Below are positions 24,743 to 38,313 of a stretch of DNA of 64,000 bases, in pieces (the stretch's first letter is position 1; the number at the start of each line of letters is the position of its first letter). The notes beneath the pieces were generated by a model. It was given only the letters and a program-made list of their open reading frames with translations, ran no database searches and was not told where the DNA came from. Location of the stretch: assembly GCA_965113315.1 (NCBI GenBank), contig OZ220363.1. The stretch is one strand, 5' to 3'. The position numbers and the translations under genes were made by a program. The stretch comes from Podarcis vaucheri (Eukaryota).

Positions 24743-26949
24743 GGAAGTTGGAGTCTGAAACGTTTGGAGGGCACCAGGTTGGGGAAGGCTGCTGTACAGG
24801 CTACAGGGGGAGGAATGTCAGTAGTTGATGTAGCAGAAAGAAGTTCTTTTAGATTTGTCTAACAGATGGCAGTGGATAGCAAGAAGGGGACATAATTTGC
24901 TTACCCACTGTTGTCCTAATGATCAAAAATCTCAACAAAGGTAAGCAAGGAGTGTACACTGTTCCTTGACAATTAAGTCAATTTGATTTATAGAGACACA
25001 ACACTTAATAAAGTATCTTTAAGCCAGACTATTGGAATATTAACGGAGTGTCTTACTACTATTCTGACTAACATATATATTCAGGGAGTAAACTTTTTAA
25101 AAATAATGATTGTTTTAAACATGATATGCCACTTCAGAGCATTCAAAGCATTTCAGATTTATTTTGTTATAATCCTTAGTATTTCTTTAAGCTAGATCAA
25201 TATTCTCCCTGTATTGCAGATGCGGGACTAAGTGGCAGAGGCTAGATTTGAACTAGGAACTTTCTTATTTGCAGCTCAGTTTCTTAGCTGTTGCTCCACA
25301 CCAGCTCTCATTTAGCCTATGTTTGGTATTCTGAGTCGTGATCCCCCTCTGCTTCTGGGTCACTGCATCAAAATTGAGATTGGGTGTCTTGCAAAGGTAC
25401 ACTCTAGCATGCTAATTGCACTCTGGCAACTCATGCCATAGAAATAGGATGCCAGATCCATTAGGTAGGCCCTAGTATTCAAAAAACATTCAACACATTA
25501 TCTCATGCACATAACAGACTGAGATGTCTATTACTACAACACTTGGTCAGCTGCAATATCCTTGCAATCTTTTCAGCTGATTAGCAAGTTAGCTCCCAAT
25601 TGGTAGAATGCCTATGTAACTAGGCCAAAAATAAATAAATAAATAAATCAGTCCTGTCAAGTTGGTATCTGCATTTCCACTGCAGTCACTGGTCTAAAAA
25701 GCAAATGCAAATGTTACAGTCACCACCACAAATCATTTATTGCTACATTTGTACTAACCTTTCTGACGTGTTAGTATTTATTTATAAAACACGTATGCAT
25801 CTTTTATCTTTTTTAAATTCCCCCAGGATAGGAATCAGAGAGAAATGCAAACTTACTTCAGACTTATTTTAAATTTATTTCAGTATGTGAACTGAAACAC
25901 AGTTATCCTTTGTAATTCACACTTCTCAAAAATATTAGTGAAAACAATGTGCAAATATGTGTATGGGGGGAACTGTTGGCAAAAATGTTTTTAATTATAT
26001 TAGGCAAAATGATGTACAAAAATGTGATAGTAGGAGAAATGTGTACGTAAATGTATATTATTTTGTGTGGGGATTTAAGAAACTCAAAGTGATGTGGAAA
26101 GAGAACACATTGAAAAAAATGAGGAACTTAGAAAAACCAAAATCGATAGATTGATCTACCTTCCCCAAGATTATAAAATTATAACATTCAACAGGCATTA
26201 AGATACCGTAATATTTAAAATGTTTATTTATATGGCTCCACAACATAAGAATGTGTGTACATTCAGCTGTAAAATGTCTACATTAGAGAACTCTGCGTAA
26301 GTTATTACATACTCGAATATTGTATTGAGATGTGTTTTGCAACACCACCCATGTCCCTTTTGCATGATAAACCCATTTTGTGTAACAGGTTTGTATATGT
26401 CTGAGGGTGAGTTTGACTTGAGTCAAAGGATAGCAGGTAAATGGGATCATTGGCAATTTTTCAGTTTTAGATCAGGATTCAATTGTCTTGTCGTTTGTGA
26501 ATGAATGGGTTCCTTAATTTTGATGCCTTGGCATGCTTGAAATAAAAGTAAAAGGAGAAAATCCAAACAAATAAATGCATTTGTTGATCCTAATGGTTTA
26601 TTCCGGGCAGATTCTTATTGTATGGCATTTCTCTGCTTTTAGCACTTTCCCCTAATACGGTAATTGGCTTTGAACTGCTGGGACTACCATGCATGTGATG
26701 ACAGGCTCTGGTGGATTGAGCGCACAAGACAAATAGTGGGTCCAGTGGTCATATGCTGTAGAGGGAAATGAGGGGCTCGTGAACCTGGGAAGGTAGCTCA
26801 TCTAGGATAAGGAAAACTCTGATCCTAAACCTTTGCTGCCTTGTGCCAATACTCATTTCTGAGAAAAGCTTAAGGAGTAAAGCTTCAGGAGTAAGTCAAG
26901 AAAAAACCCACATTTGCTGCCTTGCAGCCTCCATAATGTAATCTTATTA

Positions 26950-27790
26950 TTGTTGTTGTTGTTGTTGCTTTTATTTGCTTTTCTATTACAGTTCTTCACT
27001 GGTGTATCAACATTAGTACAACAACTGTTGCATTCAGTGTGTGTGTGTGTGTAAAGGGGGGGGGACTTCTTTTCATGTATTTCCCTTCCACTCCTTCCCT
27101 GGTTTCCTCTACAGTGGTGCCCCGCAGTACGAATGCCTCGCAAGACGAAAAACTCGCTAGACGAAAGAGTTTTCCGTTTTTTGAGTTGTTCCGCAAGACG
27201 AATTTCCCTATGGGTTTGCTTCGCAAGACGAAACGTCTTGCGAGTTCTTGCGAGTTTGTTTCCTTTTTCTTAAAGCCGCTAAGCCGTTAATAGCTGCTAA
27301 GCCGCTAATAGTCGTGCTTCGCAAGACGAAAAAACCGCAAGACGAAGAGACTCGCAGAACAGATTAATTTCGTCTTGTGAGGCACCACTATATTTCCAAC
27401 CTATCCACATCTTCTTGTTCTTCTAAATTTTCCTCTCTCCTCTTTATCGCATGTTATAACTTATGCTGCTGAATTATGCTCATCCTGCTAGATTGTCTTA
27501 TTATAATAATTTTTCACATATTCTATATATAACATCCAGTCCTCATTAAGTTTTTTTATCTGTTTCTTATTCTGTTAATCATACCCGCCAGTTCTGAGTA
27601 TTCCAGCATTTTATGATGCCACTCCTCTTTTGTTGGACCCGCATCTGTTCTCCACTTTTGTGCAAGTAAAATCTGCACAGCTGTGGTCGCATACATCAAT
27701 AGACTCACTTGTTTTGGGAGGAATTCTGTCCTTACTATACCCAGAAGGTAAGCTTCTGGGTTTTTAGGAAAGGATCCTTTAAACTTTTTT
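26950..27790 (-). mobile_element. older L1 3' end interrupted by a MITE
   Basis: Minus strand encodes PEAYLLGIV...LLMYATTAVQILLAQKWRT...EEW..KMLEYSELA, homologous to the 24088 copy. Confidence 0.75.
27112..27390. mobile_element. Tc1/mariner(Tigger)-type MITE, family B (short)
   Basis: TIR cagtggtgcc...; TA TSD; repeated cgcaagacgaa motif; inverted relative to 55899-56844. Confidence 0.88.
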
Positions 27791-28019
27791 TCAGTTCATT
27801 CCATAATGTAATCTAGCTCCTGTCCTATGCTTGCCTTTGTCATTCTCTCAGAATCAGGGAAGAAGGCATGCGACTTACATGTGGTTTGGATTACTTTTGC
27901 CACTGCAAATGTCTCTGATGTAATGCAGGAGCAAAAAATATTCTTGTGGGAGGCCAACCCCAGCCCATGTGCCCATAGTTCACCATCCCTGGAATTAAGT
28001 GTCACTATAAATAAATGAT

Positions 28020-29960
28020 AAATAGCTTTAGAATTGGAATGGGCTTTGTGGGCCAGCTAGTTCATGTCCCTGCTCAAAGCAGAAAATCCATATCTAGAGC
28101 ACCCCCAACACATGACTTTCTAGCCTCTGCTTGAAGACCTCCAGTGAGGACAGCCCATTTCCAGGTAATTGGTTCCCTTGTCAAACTTCTCTTAACATTT
28201 TAACATTTTTCCTAATGTTCAACTGAAGCCTACTTTAATAAAACTTAAACAGAATAGATCTAGTCCTGCCCTCTGGGGTAGCAGAGAACAAAACTTTGTT
28301 GTTAGTTCTTGAGGCATTTGTAGAATGCTAGCATGTCTGCTCTCATCTTCTCTGCATTCAAAGAATATCCAGTTATTTCAACCTTTCCACAGAAGACTTG
28401 TTTTCCATACCTCTGACAGGCTTTGTTGTCCTCCCCTGAACCCATTTCATTTTGTCTCTTATCACAGGCGTACCTAGGCTTCTTTGTACCCTTGGCAAGG
28501 AGTTGTATCGGCGCCATCCAACTCTTGTGCTCTTGGCAAGGAGATGTATTGGTGCCTCCAAAGCCAAGAGAGACCATGAACCAGAAACTAAAAAAGTTTG
28601 TTTTTTGTTACCTTTCCTGCTCCACCAGTGACTTCCTTTGCAGTCATCATGGTTGGGTCAGGTCTACTTTGCTCCTCCTCCTCCTCCTCTTCTTCTTGTC
28701 TGTCTGTCTCTGTCTGTCCGTCTGCCTTCCTCCTCAGAGTGGAGAGGCATGATTTTTGTGGGGCCCCCCAAGCCTGCGCCCTTGGCAGGGGCCAACCTGG
28801 CCAACCCCTGTCTATAATATATCTTCAAGGTGCAGCACCCCAAACTGGACACATATGAGATCAGAATCAAATGGAATTATTACTTCCTGTGATTTTGGTT
28901 ACTATGGTTCTACTAGCAGCCTTGTGCCTGGTATTGCTTGAGAATGCCATCTTGATTGAAAATGGCGTCCAATTGTATCCAAACATAGACAAAAATCTAC
29001 TACTTGATCAATCAAAACTTGGTTCAATTTTTTTAGAGTTGGCCTAATACCTACCAAACTGGTAAACTGATTTCTAAAATATATAATAGGCTAATTAATG
29101 CAGCCTAAAATTGTTTTTTTGGATTTTTTTTAACCATAGCACTCTGTTGATTCATGTTCAGCTTGACAGACCCTTTTCATGGATACTACTGCCAATCCAA
29201 GTATCTCCCATCTTATTCTTGTGCATTTTATATTTGCCTGAATGCAGCTTTACATTTGTCTCAACTGAATTCCAGCCTAGTTTCCTATCAAGATCTTGAA
29301 TTTCAGTCCTGAAGTATTAGCTACCCTTCCTGTTTTTGTGTGTTTTTCAAATCTGATAAAGGTTCTCTCCACCCCTTTATCTAAGTCGCTGATGAAAATA
29401 TTGAAGAGCACCTGGTCCAACCCGAAGGTAGTCCTCTCAAAATTTCCTTGCAGTTTGATTAAAAACTATTAATGAGCACTCTTTGAGTATAGTGTTCCAA
29501 CCAGCTGTAAATCTACATGATGGTATTATTATGTGGCCCACATTTAATTACTTTCCAAACTGAATAGAAAAGGGGACATTGTCAAATGGCTTGCTGAAAT
29601 CATTAGAAATTATATTGACAGGCTTCCCATAGTCTACTAAGTAACCCAATAAAAAAGAGAGATCAGATTAGTCTAGCTAGTAGGATTTATTCTTGACAAA
29701 TCCATGCTGTTTCTTACTAATCACTGCATTGTTATCAGGATGCTTACAAACTGACTCCTCTGGTATTGAAGTGAGACTGACTAGTCTGTAGTCTCCTGGA
29801 TTCTCCTTCCTCCTCTTTTGTGAAAATTGGGGCAAGATTTACCTGTGTCTCTTCCTGTGACACCTTATTCATTCTCTGGAATTTCTCAAATATTATAGAC
29901 CAAGGTTCTGATGGTACATCCACTGGTTCCTTTAGTACCTTGAAGTGAGCTGCCAATACC
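28020..29960 (-). mobile_element. old CR1 LINE (degenerate RT), with an insertion at about 28465-28810
   Basis: Colinear, eroded similarity to the CR1 at 10323-11830 (aaatccatgctg, ttgctgaaatc, gagcacTCTTTG, ctctgcttgaagacctcca). Confidence 0.8.
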
Positions 29961-30054
29961 ATCATTAATGTTTGCTGTGAGCTGTTAAATCTTCTTTAAC
30001 AATATCTCTTTAATAAAAGCAGCTCATTTAAAACATTTATTATTTTTCATTCAG

Positions 30055-30186
30055 GAACTTCCCTCACCTTTGCTGAATACCGCTGTAAATGAAATAGAAG
30101 AAGAAGCAACAGCTGTGAAGTCCAAACAAGATTCTCAGGAATCCATGAGAATAGCCTGGCGTTACCAGAACATACCAAAACTGGAG
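30055..30186 (+). CDS. ELP4: ELP4 coding exon (exon 4 equivalent), 132 nt
   Basis: tttttcattcag| ... |gtaaat; encodes ELPSPLLNTAVNEIEEEATAVKSKQDSQESMRIAWRYQNIPKLE, containing the ELP4 hallmark M-K/R-IAWRY; phase 0/0. Confidence 0.96.
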
Positions 30187-33100
30187 GTAAATTTTATTTC
30201 ATAGTAATTTCTTCAAATAATGGTGTATGGTAAACTGAAAGTATTTCTTGACAAAAATTTCCTGTTAAAATGATAAGCTAACTACACCATTTAGCACTTA
30301 TTCCAAAAAATGTTTTGCCCCACCTTAGGCTTATAATATTAAGTAGCAGAGTGGAAGAGCACTTAATAACTCTTTCATCCTCTGTTGATTAGCCATTGAA
30401 AATATTCTTCCAGTCACTTTGCTGGTGTGGGGAATGGCTGGGGGAGGTATTTTGGGAGGAGAGTCAACATAAATTGTTGAACACCTCTCTCTTTTCTGTT
30501 GATTCTCTCCACAAATGGACCCACTCAACCTTTTGTGTTTTGTGTACAATTTACTATACAGGTTTTCAAGAAGTATCCTTTCCATTTATACAAGAAAGCT
30601 TTATAAATTTATCTGAATATAGAAGCGTTTATATAGGTTGAATGAATTGTACTTAGATCCCTCTAGTGAAAGCATGGAATTGAATCAAGCTGTTGACTTG
30701 CTTATCCATGTGCGTAATAAGTAAAGTAAGCACTTGAGATTATATCAGCTTCACTGTCACTATAAACTAATCGTTATGAAGGCAGCATGTAAGAAACAAG
30801 CCCAGTGGTCAATTCTACAGAGTTTACGGTTGTTAGTGTTTTGTGAATTATATTTCTCCCTAGGCTAGCTATTTCCTTGTGCAGAATAATGGTATGGTGA
30901 AATCTCTAAAATTACATGCAATATTTTGGTGTCCATAGGAACTTGCTTTGTTTGGCTTTAGTATTTTATATATCTGATGTAAGTGTAGTGAACTGCCTAG
31001 TAAGTTCAGGCTTATTCTAAGGAATATAATTGGAATATGACAAAATGATTTTACAAGGCTTGGCATGTTTGGTTTTCTTTGTAATTGCACAGACATGTCT
31101 ATGTATTCATATCAGAGATAAGATTTATATATGATGACATGCCAAATCAAAGACCCTCCAGGATCGTTATGTGACCTCATCAATTTTTATTAATATGAAG
31201 CTTGATATAGCATGTTGAACCATCACAAAACAGACTTAGTTCATATGTGGAGGTAGGGGGAAGGAATACCAAAATTTGAAAAAACTGATATTTTTGAGAA
31301 GTACAGTTAAGCTTCCCAGTTTGCTCCAATAATATACCATGTTTCATTTTATATTATAATGGAGGTTATATGTGATGAAAATTGATGTGAGGTGTAATCC
31401 AATTTAAACTGGTGGTTGCATAGCTAAAACTTTATTAACTAAGACCGGACTGAGGTCAGAGTCGGGAACTACAAGTAAAAACTCTCTAAGGTATCATTGG
31501 GAATGTTCAGCCTCCTGGCAAAATTGTTCGGTCATGATTAATTGTGGTAGAGCAGATATCCTTATACGTTCCTGATGCATGCATAATTCTAGTGTTTGCC
31601 ACTCACCTCTGAACAACTAAATGCCAAGTGCTCATGCTCCAGTTCCAGCCACTCTTTAAAACTACCTTGCAATCCTTGACTCTGAATGGACTACATGATC
31701 CTTGGTGTCCCTTCCAACTCTACAATTCTATGCTTCTATGAAACATTTCTCCTTTACCTACCTTGTCACTTCTGTTTGTCGGTACCTTCCTCTCTGCCTT
31801 GGGTGAGTCTGGACAGAATTCAAAGGGCTGCAAATGCATGAGGGTTTTTCGGCATCCACTTCCAGGGCAGTCTGTCATGACCCACAAACAAGCTGTCCCC
31901 AAAGATCAGAGGGACTCTCTAGGACAGCAGTCTACTAGGGGACTATAACTGGAAAGGGAAATTGGCATGTGCTCAAATCCATACAGAAGTGCTTTGCACA
32001 CCGAAAGCTGTGTTCATCCTGTCAACTGCTCCTGCTCTCCTATTTCCTAGCTGGCACAATTTATTTATTTAAGGTAACTTGTATCAGGGCTTTCAGACCC
32101 GGCACCAGAAGTTTGCATGGTGCAGCAAATGCCATCATGTCTTTGTTTTTTGGTTTTTAAAGTTTTATTAGCACTAGAATTAGGATTCTTATTTTAAGGT
32201 CGGTTACTTATTTCAGGGCACAGCTCTGATAAGAAAAGTCCCCACTGCTGCCCACAGCACCACTGCCACTCCCTACTCCATTCTTTGGTAAGCTTGTGGG
32301 GTGCAGCAGGGAAGTGCTGAAAGGACCAGGAAGGTGTCTTGCCCAGGCCTCCCTGAAACCTTACACCAGTCATGACACCTTTCCAGTATATCTTTAGTTT
32401 TCCTGAGGACTAGTTGGAAAATAAAGAGCAAGTTTTGGGGGGGAAAGAAAGTCATTTTATACATATGTTATGTTTCCAGATTAAATTGGTAGGTATCAAC
32501 CCAACATACCAGAAAATTAAATCTCAGTATCAAAAGTATAGGTAAATGTATCCTAACTAGTAATTGATATTTTTAAAATAAAATGTTTCTTGTAATTTCC
32601 ACACAAGCATAGGGGAGTGAGTAGTGGTAGAGAAATTTGAGAGATCCACATTAGTTTCATCCCCTTCATGCTGCCTTGGGAATTTTAAAGGTGTTAGGAG
32701 GATCTCTGACTTGCAGTTTGACAACTCTAATGTTGCAGGTACATTGTCTGGGCAGCAAATTCCAGAGGCTTGGGTATTTGTTTAACTATTTTATTTGTAA
32801 TTGGCTAACCATTTGATAGGCAAAGTAAAAACAGTAGGTATTCTGTAGCTTGTACCAAGCAGGTAAAGTGTGTGTTCCTTTACCCTGCTGTCCCCCACCT
32901 CTCTCACACAGACACATATACTCCCTCTTTTAATGAATGAACTGCTTGTATTCTTAGGGCAATATATAAACTGTCACAGCATGAAATCAATTTTCTGCCT
33001 TGATTCATCCTAAATCTGAGAATTTCTAGCACATTAGTATTGCAATTAGAAACGTTAACGGCAGACGGTAGCATAAAGACATATTCTGCTCCATGACAAC

Positions 33101-34559
33101 TTAGGTTATTTCTCCTTGTGCAGGCTAGCTCATAGGAATCCAAGGAAAAGGTAGGCTTGAAACCACATTCAGCTAATAAATTTATTATCTCACGCTTAAG
33201 AGAAATGTATTTTTCCCTCCCTTTTGCTCTGTCTCTGTGGTCATGCTGCTGCTAAGATAGATTATTCATGCTTACTTGATTCAGGTGGGCTTTTTGCAAG
33301 CTTCCCCACTAGGCCTGGGAATGTGGTACATTGAGGTCTATTCATAGGCTTCTGACATAGCCAGGCTTTTATTGCCTGGTGTTTTATTGCGACCAAATCC
33401 TAGTCTCCACCCAGTTTGTAGGCACTGTGCTTATTCTTTAGAATCAAGAAAGGTTATCACCTACCTTAATCCATGCAACTGTGTGGATTAGGGACACCAG
33501 TGTTCCCCAGGATTCTCAAAGAGGATCCTGGAAACTTCTTGTTTCTTCTCTTTTGCTGTCTGTACTAAACTCTCTTGGGCCTCAGTGAGGATTTGCATCT
33601 GAAATAGGCAACCTGGAGCTTTTCTCAATGAAGACATCAGATCAAAGTTCAGTTAGTCAAGGCCTTTCTAAAACATTAAGGGGGCTTGGACTTACACAAT
33701 AAAAAGATGAGCTCTGGCAGAGATTGCAGTAAAAACATTCTGATCAGTAATCCGGATAAAGGATAGATTATAGGGCAAAGAACAGCTCTTGTTTAAATTG
33801 CTTTGAGAACGCCCAAACAAAATAACTTGGAACTTCTGAATTTATTTTTAAACAATACTCATATTTTATTTTATTTTATTGACAGATTTTGTTCTATTTT
33901 ATTACACTTTGTAACATTTAATAACTAAAATAAAAACACAGATAGCATTTTTTAAATAATTGCTAAGTACCTTCTGCATTCTGGTATAGTATAAGAAACC
34001 AGCGTTATAAGAAAATTTGTTTCTTGTTAGCAGTGTTGAATTTGTTACTGTTTTTATTTTTTGCTTATTAAAGCTTTGCTTTTTCTGTTACCTTAGTTTT
34101 TTCAAACAATGTATTGTTGGGATTCAGTTTTAATGATCATTTTTTACTGATTGTTTTTAAAATAAAAACCATAATAGACACAGAGATTTGATTAATTTTT
34201 GAATTTATATCATTATAAATACAAAAACCTGGTATTCAGCAGAGCAGTTCTTTATGTATGAATGGCCACCCACAAGTCTGGCCAGTTTTCTATAAAATGG
34301 GCAGGAGGATGTGAAGTTAAGACACACAACAGAACAAGAAGGTTGAGTGACAATGAACAGTGTTTTCTTACTTTTGTATGCGTGCAAAAGTGGAGCTACA
34401 ATAACTTCTAGTTTATGTAAAAATTAAAAAACATTCAAATTGTCATCGTGCTACAATACAACTTTTTCACAGCAAAATTCTGTAGATGTCTACTTAGAAG
34501 TAAATTCTGTTGAGTCCAGTGGCACTTAATCGCATGTAAATGTGTCTAAGATTGCAGCC

Positions 34560-35130
34560 CCAGTAACATATTGTTCGTTTGTTTTCATGTGTTCGAAACG
34601 AGAGAGAGAACACAATAGAAGTTATTCCTCAAAATGTTCATGCATGCAGCCATTAATATTTTAGTTACCTGGCTCATTTACAGTAATTTGAAAGAGTAAA
34701 ACAAAATTCATATTATTTGTAAAATGACTTTTATTATAAAAGTAATTTGAAAATTTGATTCTTGAACTGTTCAAAATATCCAAGTGATATTTTGCCTTTT
34801 CTCTCTGGTTACTGCAATCTGATGAGAACAAATGGGATGAGGATGCATGTTTCTGCAGTTCACATCTCCAGTTACACTGGGAACCATTGCACACACAAAA
34901 AAGCTACATTTGCAGTTCCCTGGGGCTTCTTTTCTTCATTCAGCAGTCAAACTGTGTGCACAGTTGCCAAAATTGGACTGGGAATCATTTTTAGCATCAG
35001 TCACATTATTGTGCCTCTTAGTATTGTCAGCAGCAGTCACATTTTTGGCCCTTTTGGAATATGACTCCAGACCATTTTTCCTTCTCATGTTTCTTGAAGG
35101 AAAGTGGAAAAGGGCTGCTACATAGAGACT
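34560..35130. promoter_or_regulatory. candidate conserved enhancer in intron 4
   Basis: No recognisable TE; repeated CAGTCA, TAAT and ATTGT motifs; position compatible with distal PAX6 enhancers. Confidence 0.35.
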
Positions 35131-36075
35131 TCCCATCCTTCTAAACATGTACCGGTAATTGGTGTTCTCAAGCTGATAGTAATGTCCATGTAATGAGAAG
35201 GCTGAACTGTCTGCATCCTCCAGTGAATCAGGTCATGATGGCTACATAATCTCTCCAGTGCCAGAGGCTACATCCCTCTGAAAACCAGTTGCTGGGGAAC
35301 ATGCCTAGGAAAGGTTCTGGGCTTTCTATAGGCATCCACTTGGCCACTGTGGGAACAGAATGTTGGACAAAATGGTCCACAAAGGCTTCCTATATGTTTT
35401 AGTCAATGTGTCAGCACACTGCTCTTATGTTGTTTTTGTTGTTGTTTTTGTAGAAAGATGGTTATTAGAAAGCAAACTACTATTAGCTAGGATACTAATC
35501 AGTAGGATAAAATATCTTCAGCCTATCAGATAATTCCAAAATTCATGTGTGTCTTTTGTGTATGTAGAAGACTACCTCCACCATATGGATATCTGATGGT
35601 GGCAGCAGAAATAAAGGACCTTTGTTTCTCTTATTGGCTATATGCTGAAACAGCAGGCATAGCTGAACTAAAACATGGGCAAGGAGATGCATGAAGTAAA
35701 CAAAACACAATTGCTGTGTCACCAGTAACATTTGCTGTAGGAAAAAGAGGGAAGACCGAGCTGCAAAACAACAATTCCAGCTTCAGCTTTTGTTTGGAGG
35801 GTGCCTCGAGTACCTCCCTGATAGCCTGGCCTGCATGGTTGCTTAATTCTAACATACACAATAATTCCCCAATGGCTGAGGTTTGCTCCATGGGAAAACG
35901 TGTGTATGTGTCAAAGAGGGGGGTGGTATTGTGACCACTTACATTGGTGTAATGTGCTGACTTTAGTAGTAGTGTACACTTAAAGTGCAGATTATGTGAA
36001 TAACCTGTTGAAAAAGTGGGTATTAAATTTTTTAATTGCATTTTAACAGGGGAAACATATGCATTGTTTTCACAG

Positions 36076-36215
36076 GTGACCCAAGCAGCCTGTTCAAAAT
36101 TTGGACACTACTTTGATTTATCAAAAACAATGGCTCCAGAATTAATCCAGAACATAAAGTGGTATGGCTTTCCCCTTCTTGAAGAAAAAGCTTTGTATCC
36201 TGATATAAAATCATG
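36076..36215 (+). CDS. ELP4: ELP4 coding exon (exon 5 equivalent), 140 nt
   Basis: ttttcacag| ... |gtgagt; encodes VTQAACSKFGHYFDLSKTMAPELIQNIKWYGFPLLEEKALYPDIKS (FGHY-D-SK motif); phase 0 in, phase 2 out. Confidence 0.95.
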
Positions 36216-37796
36216 GTGAGTTTGAAAAGCTTCTAATTTTAGTTGTTTGCACAAAAACTGAGGAGGGTTTGGAGGACCAATTTCATAGACATAAAATTGT
36301 GTGCAAATAATTGTACTGTCAGGAGTAAGTTGGCCAGGCATCAATATTTATAGCAAAACCCTTTCCTTGCCATATTCTAAGCTCCACCCCTTGCAGGAGC
36401 TTCCTCTCTTAAGTGCAGAGATCTTGGACTGGACAATATACATGCTGTAGTAAGGCTGCTTGTGGTCCTTCTCTGTGGGTCCACAAAATGTAGTAGAACT
36501 AATCTGCCAAGACCACTATTATATCTGCTGCAGCTTATTTTTAAAACATCTGTCTAAATTGAGCATTAATAAATCCTGTTGTCTCTGATTAGTGGAGCTT
36601 GTGTGGAAGGAAGACCTGGGCATTGCAAGGGCCCTTGGTGCACCCCATGAGCTCTGCACACAGACGGTCTGAGGATGACTTGAACAATTAGCTTTCTTCA
36701 ATATGCAAATTTGCTTTCAATTTGCATATTGAAGTAGTATGCTGTTTATTGTTTTAATCTGCTGGTGCTAGAGTTTGTTCTTTAAAATATCTTTATACAG
36801 TTTTCAATACAAGCAGAAATATATACTTGCATTGAGAAAAGAGAGAAAAAACGCATAAATACATAAGTTTTAAAAAAAGAATAGGAAACATTCTCTGGCA
36901 TAAATAGTTTTTTTTATTAGGATAATTATATATTTTTTAAAAATATTGAATGCTTTATATATTTTCTAAAAACCTGCTCAGATATGTGAGCTGCTGTAGG
37001 ATGGCTTTGCCCTGAAATTCATTACTGGAAAAATATATATATACTACAGCCTCCATGCAAAGCCATACTAGTTTGGAAGTAGAAGGCAGATTTTCTGTCA
37101 CCATAGTGTCCATGAGCATAACACTATTTTCTGTCTCTCATAAGAATGAACAACAAGTATTAATATAAAAGAGAAATGGGTAGATTTGTGGATATCATGG
37201 GATAGGGATTAATTTCCTCCCGGCTCCATTTACCGCAGCAGTCCTAGTCGCCAGGATCAGACTGATCTGCAGAGCAAATGTTCTATATAATCTATAACCC
37301 AGTGACAATATTTTCATGGGTGGGTTTCCCCCCCCAAAAAATTTAGCATCTGTTTTGATTCATCAAAAGCATGCTCCCGAACTAATCTTGACCATAGCAC
37401 AATGTTACAGAATGTTGGGAACTGGCAAATAATTCTTTCTTTTCCAGATGGTTTTCTTGCCAAATCACTTGTTGGGCTGGATTCAAGTACCCCACTTTGC
37501 TAGAGTAATGGTGAAAAAACAGTTGGGATGAAGATGATATAGGCTAGAACAGCTTGGCTGCCCCCTCAGACAGAAGCCAATATGTTCTTAGGGGGGTTTT
37601 GCCACTGCAGCTGCCACCACGTACAAGACAAGGCAGTTTTAAAATCAGCCTGCTACTACAGCTGTGGGAGCTGCACCACATAAAACAGTAGAGAGAGTCT
37701 CATCATAGAGTACACAGTGTCCTACATTATACAGAAAGAGACTCTTTGGATTGCAGCCATAGGTTTGAGTTAAAGCTAATGGCGATTTCTATAAGC

Positions 37797-38313
37797 CAGT
37801 GGTTGCCATCCTTTTTGGACCAGTGGGTATATTTTGAATTTTGAGAGAATGCTGGGGGTGCAAGTCCCAAAATGGTGGCAATGGGGGTGTGGCATATCAT
37901 ACAATGGCTGTCATAGGGTCTGGCAAAACACAATATTAGAGAGAGTACAATCATGATGCTTTCCTCATAATTTTATTCCCATACAAGAAAAGGCTTAACC
38001 TGTTGAATATCTGCCTAGAAAATAAAGCGGCAGGAGGAAAATCACATTAAAGGGGGGTGCAGTACCTCTTTAGGATCCTAGGAATTCCTATTTCCTGGTG
38101 TCTAAACCACTCATCAGTCACAACTATGACTTCACATATCAGCTAAAACACTGACAAGTGGGAGCATCCAGGCTTGCTCATTTCACAGACATTGCTTAGA
38201 ACGGTACCTTCACATTTTGCTTCATGGTTTTCTTTCTAGGAGGGTTATATACTTGATTCTTTGCGGGGGAGAGTCTGGGGACACAACTGAAGGTGCTTGG
38301 TTGGTGACCCCTG
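37797..38313. mobile_element. old hAT-Charlie-like non-autonomous element
   Basis: Ends cagtggttgccatcctttttgg ... gttggtgacccctg; no clean TSD. Confidence 0.45.

Noticed and set aside
36071-36081. AG|GT at the exon 5 acceptor as a recursive splice site
   Set aside because: The reconstituted donor GTGACC is weak; explained by the Val codon
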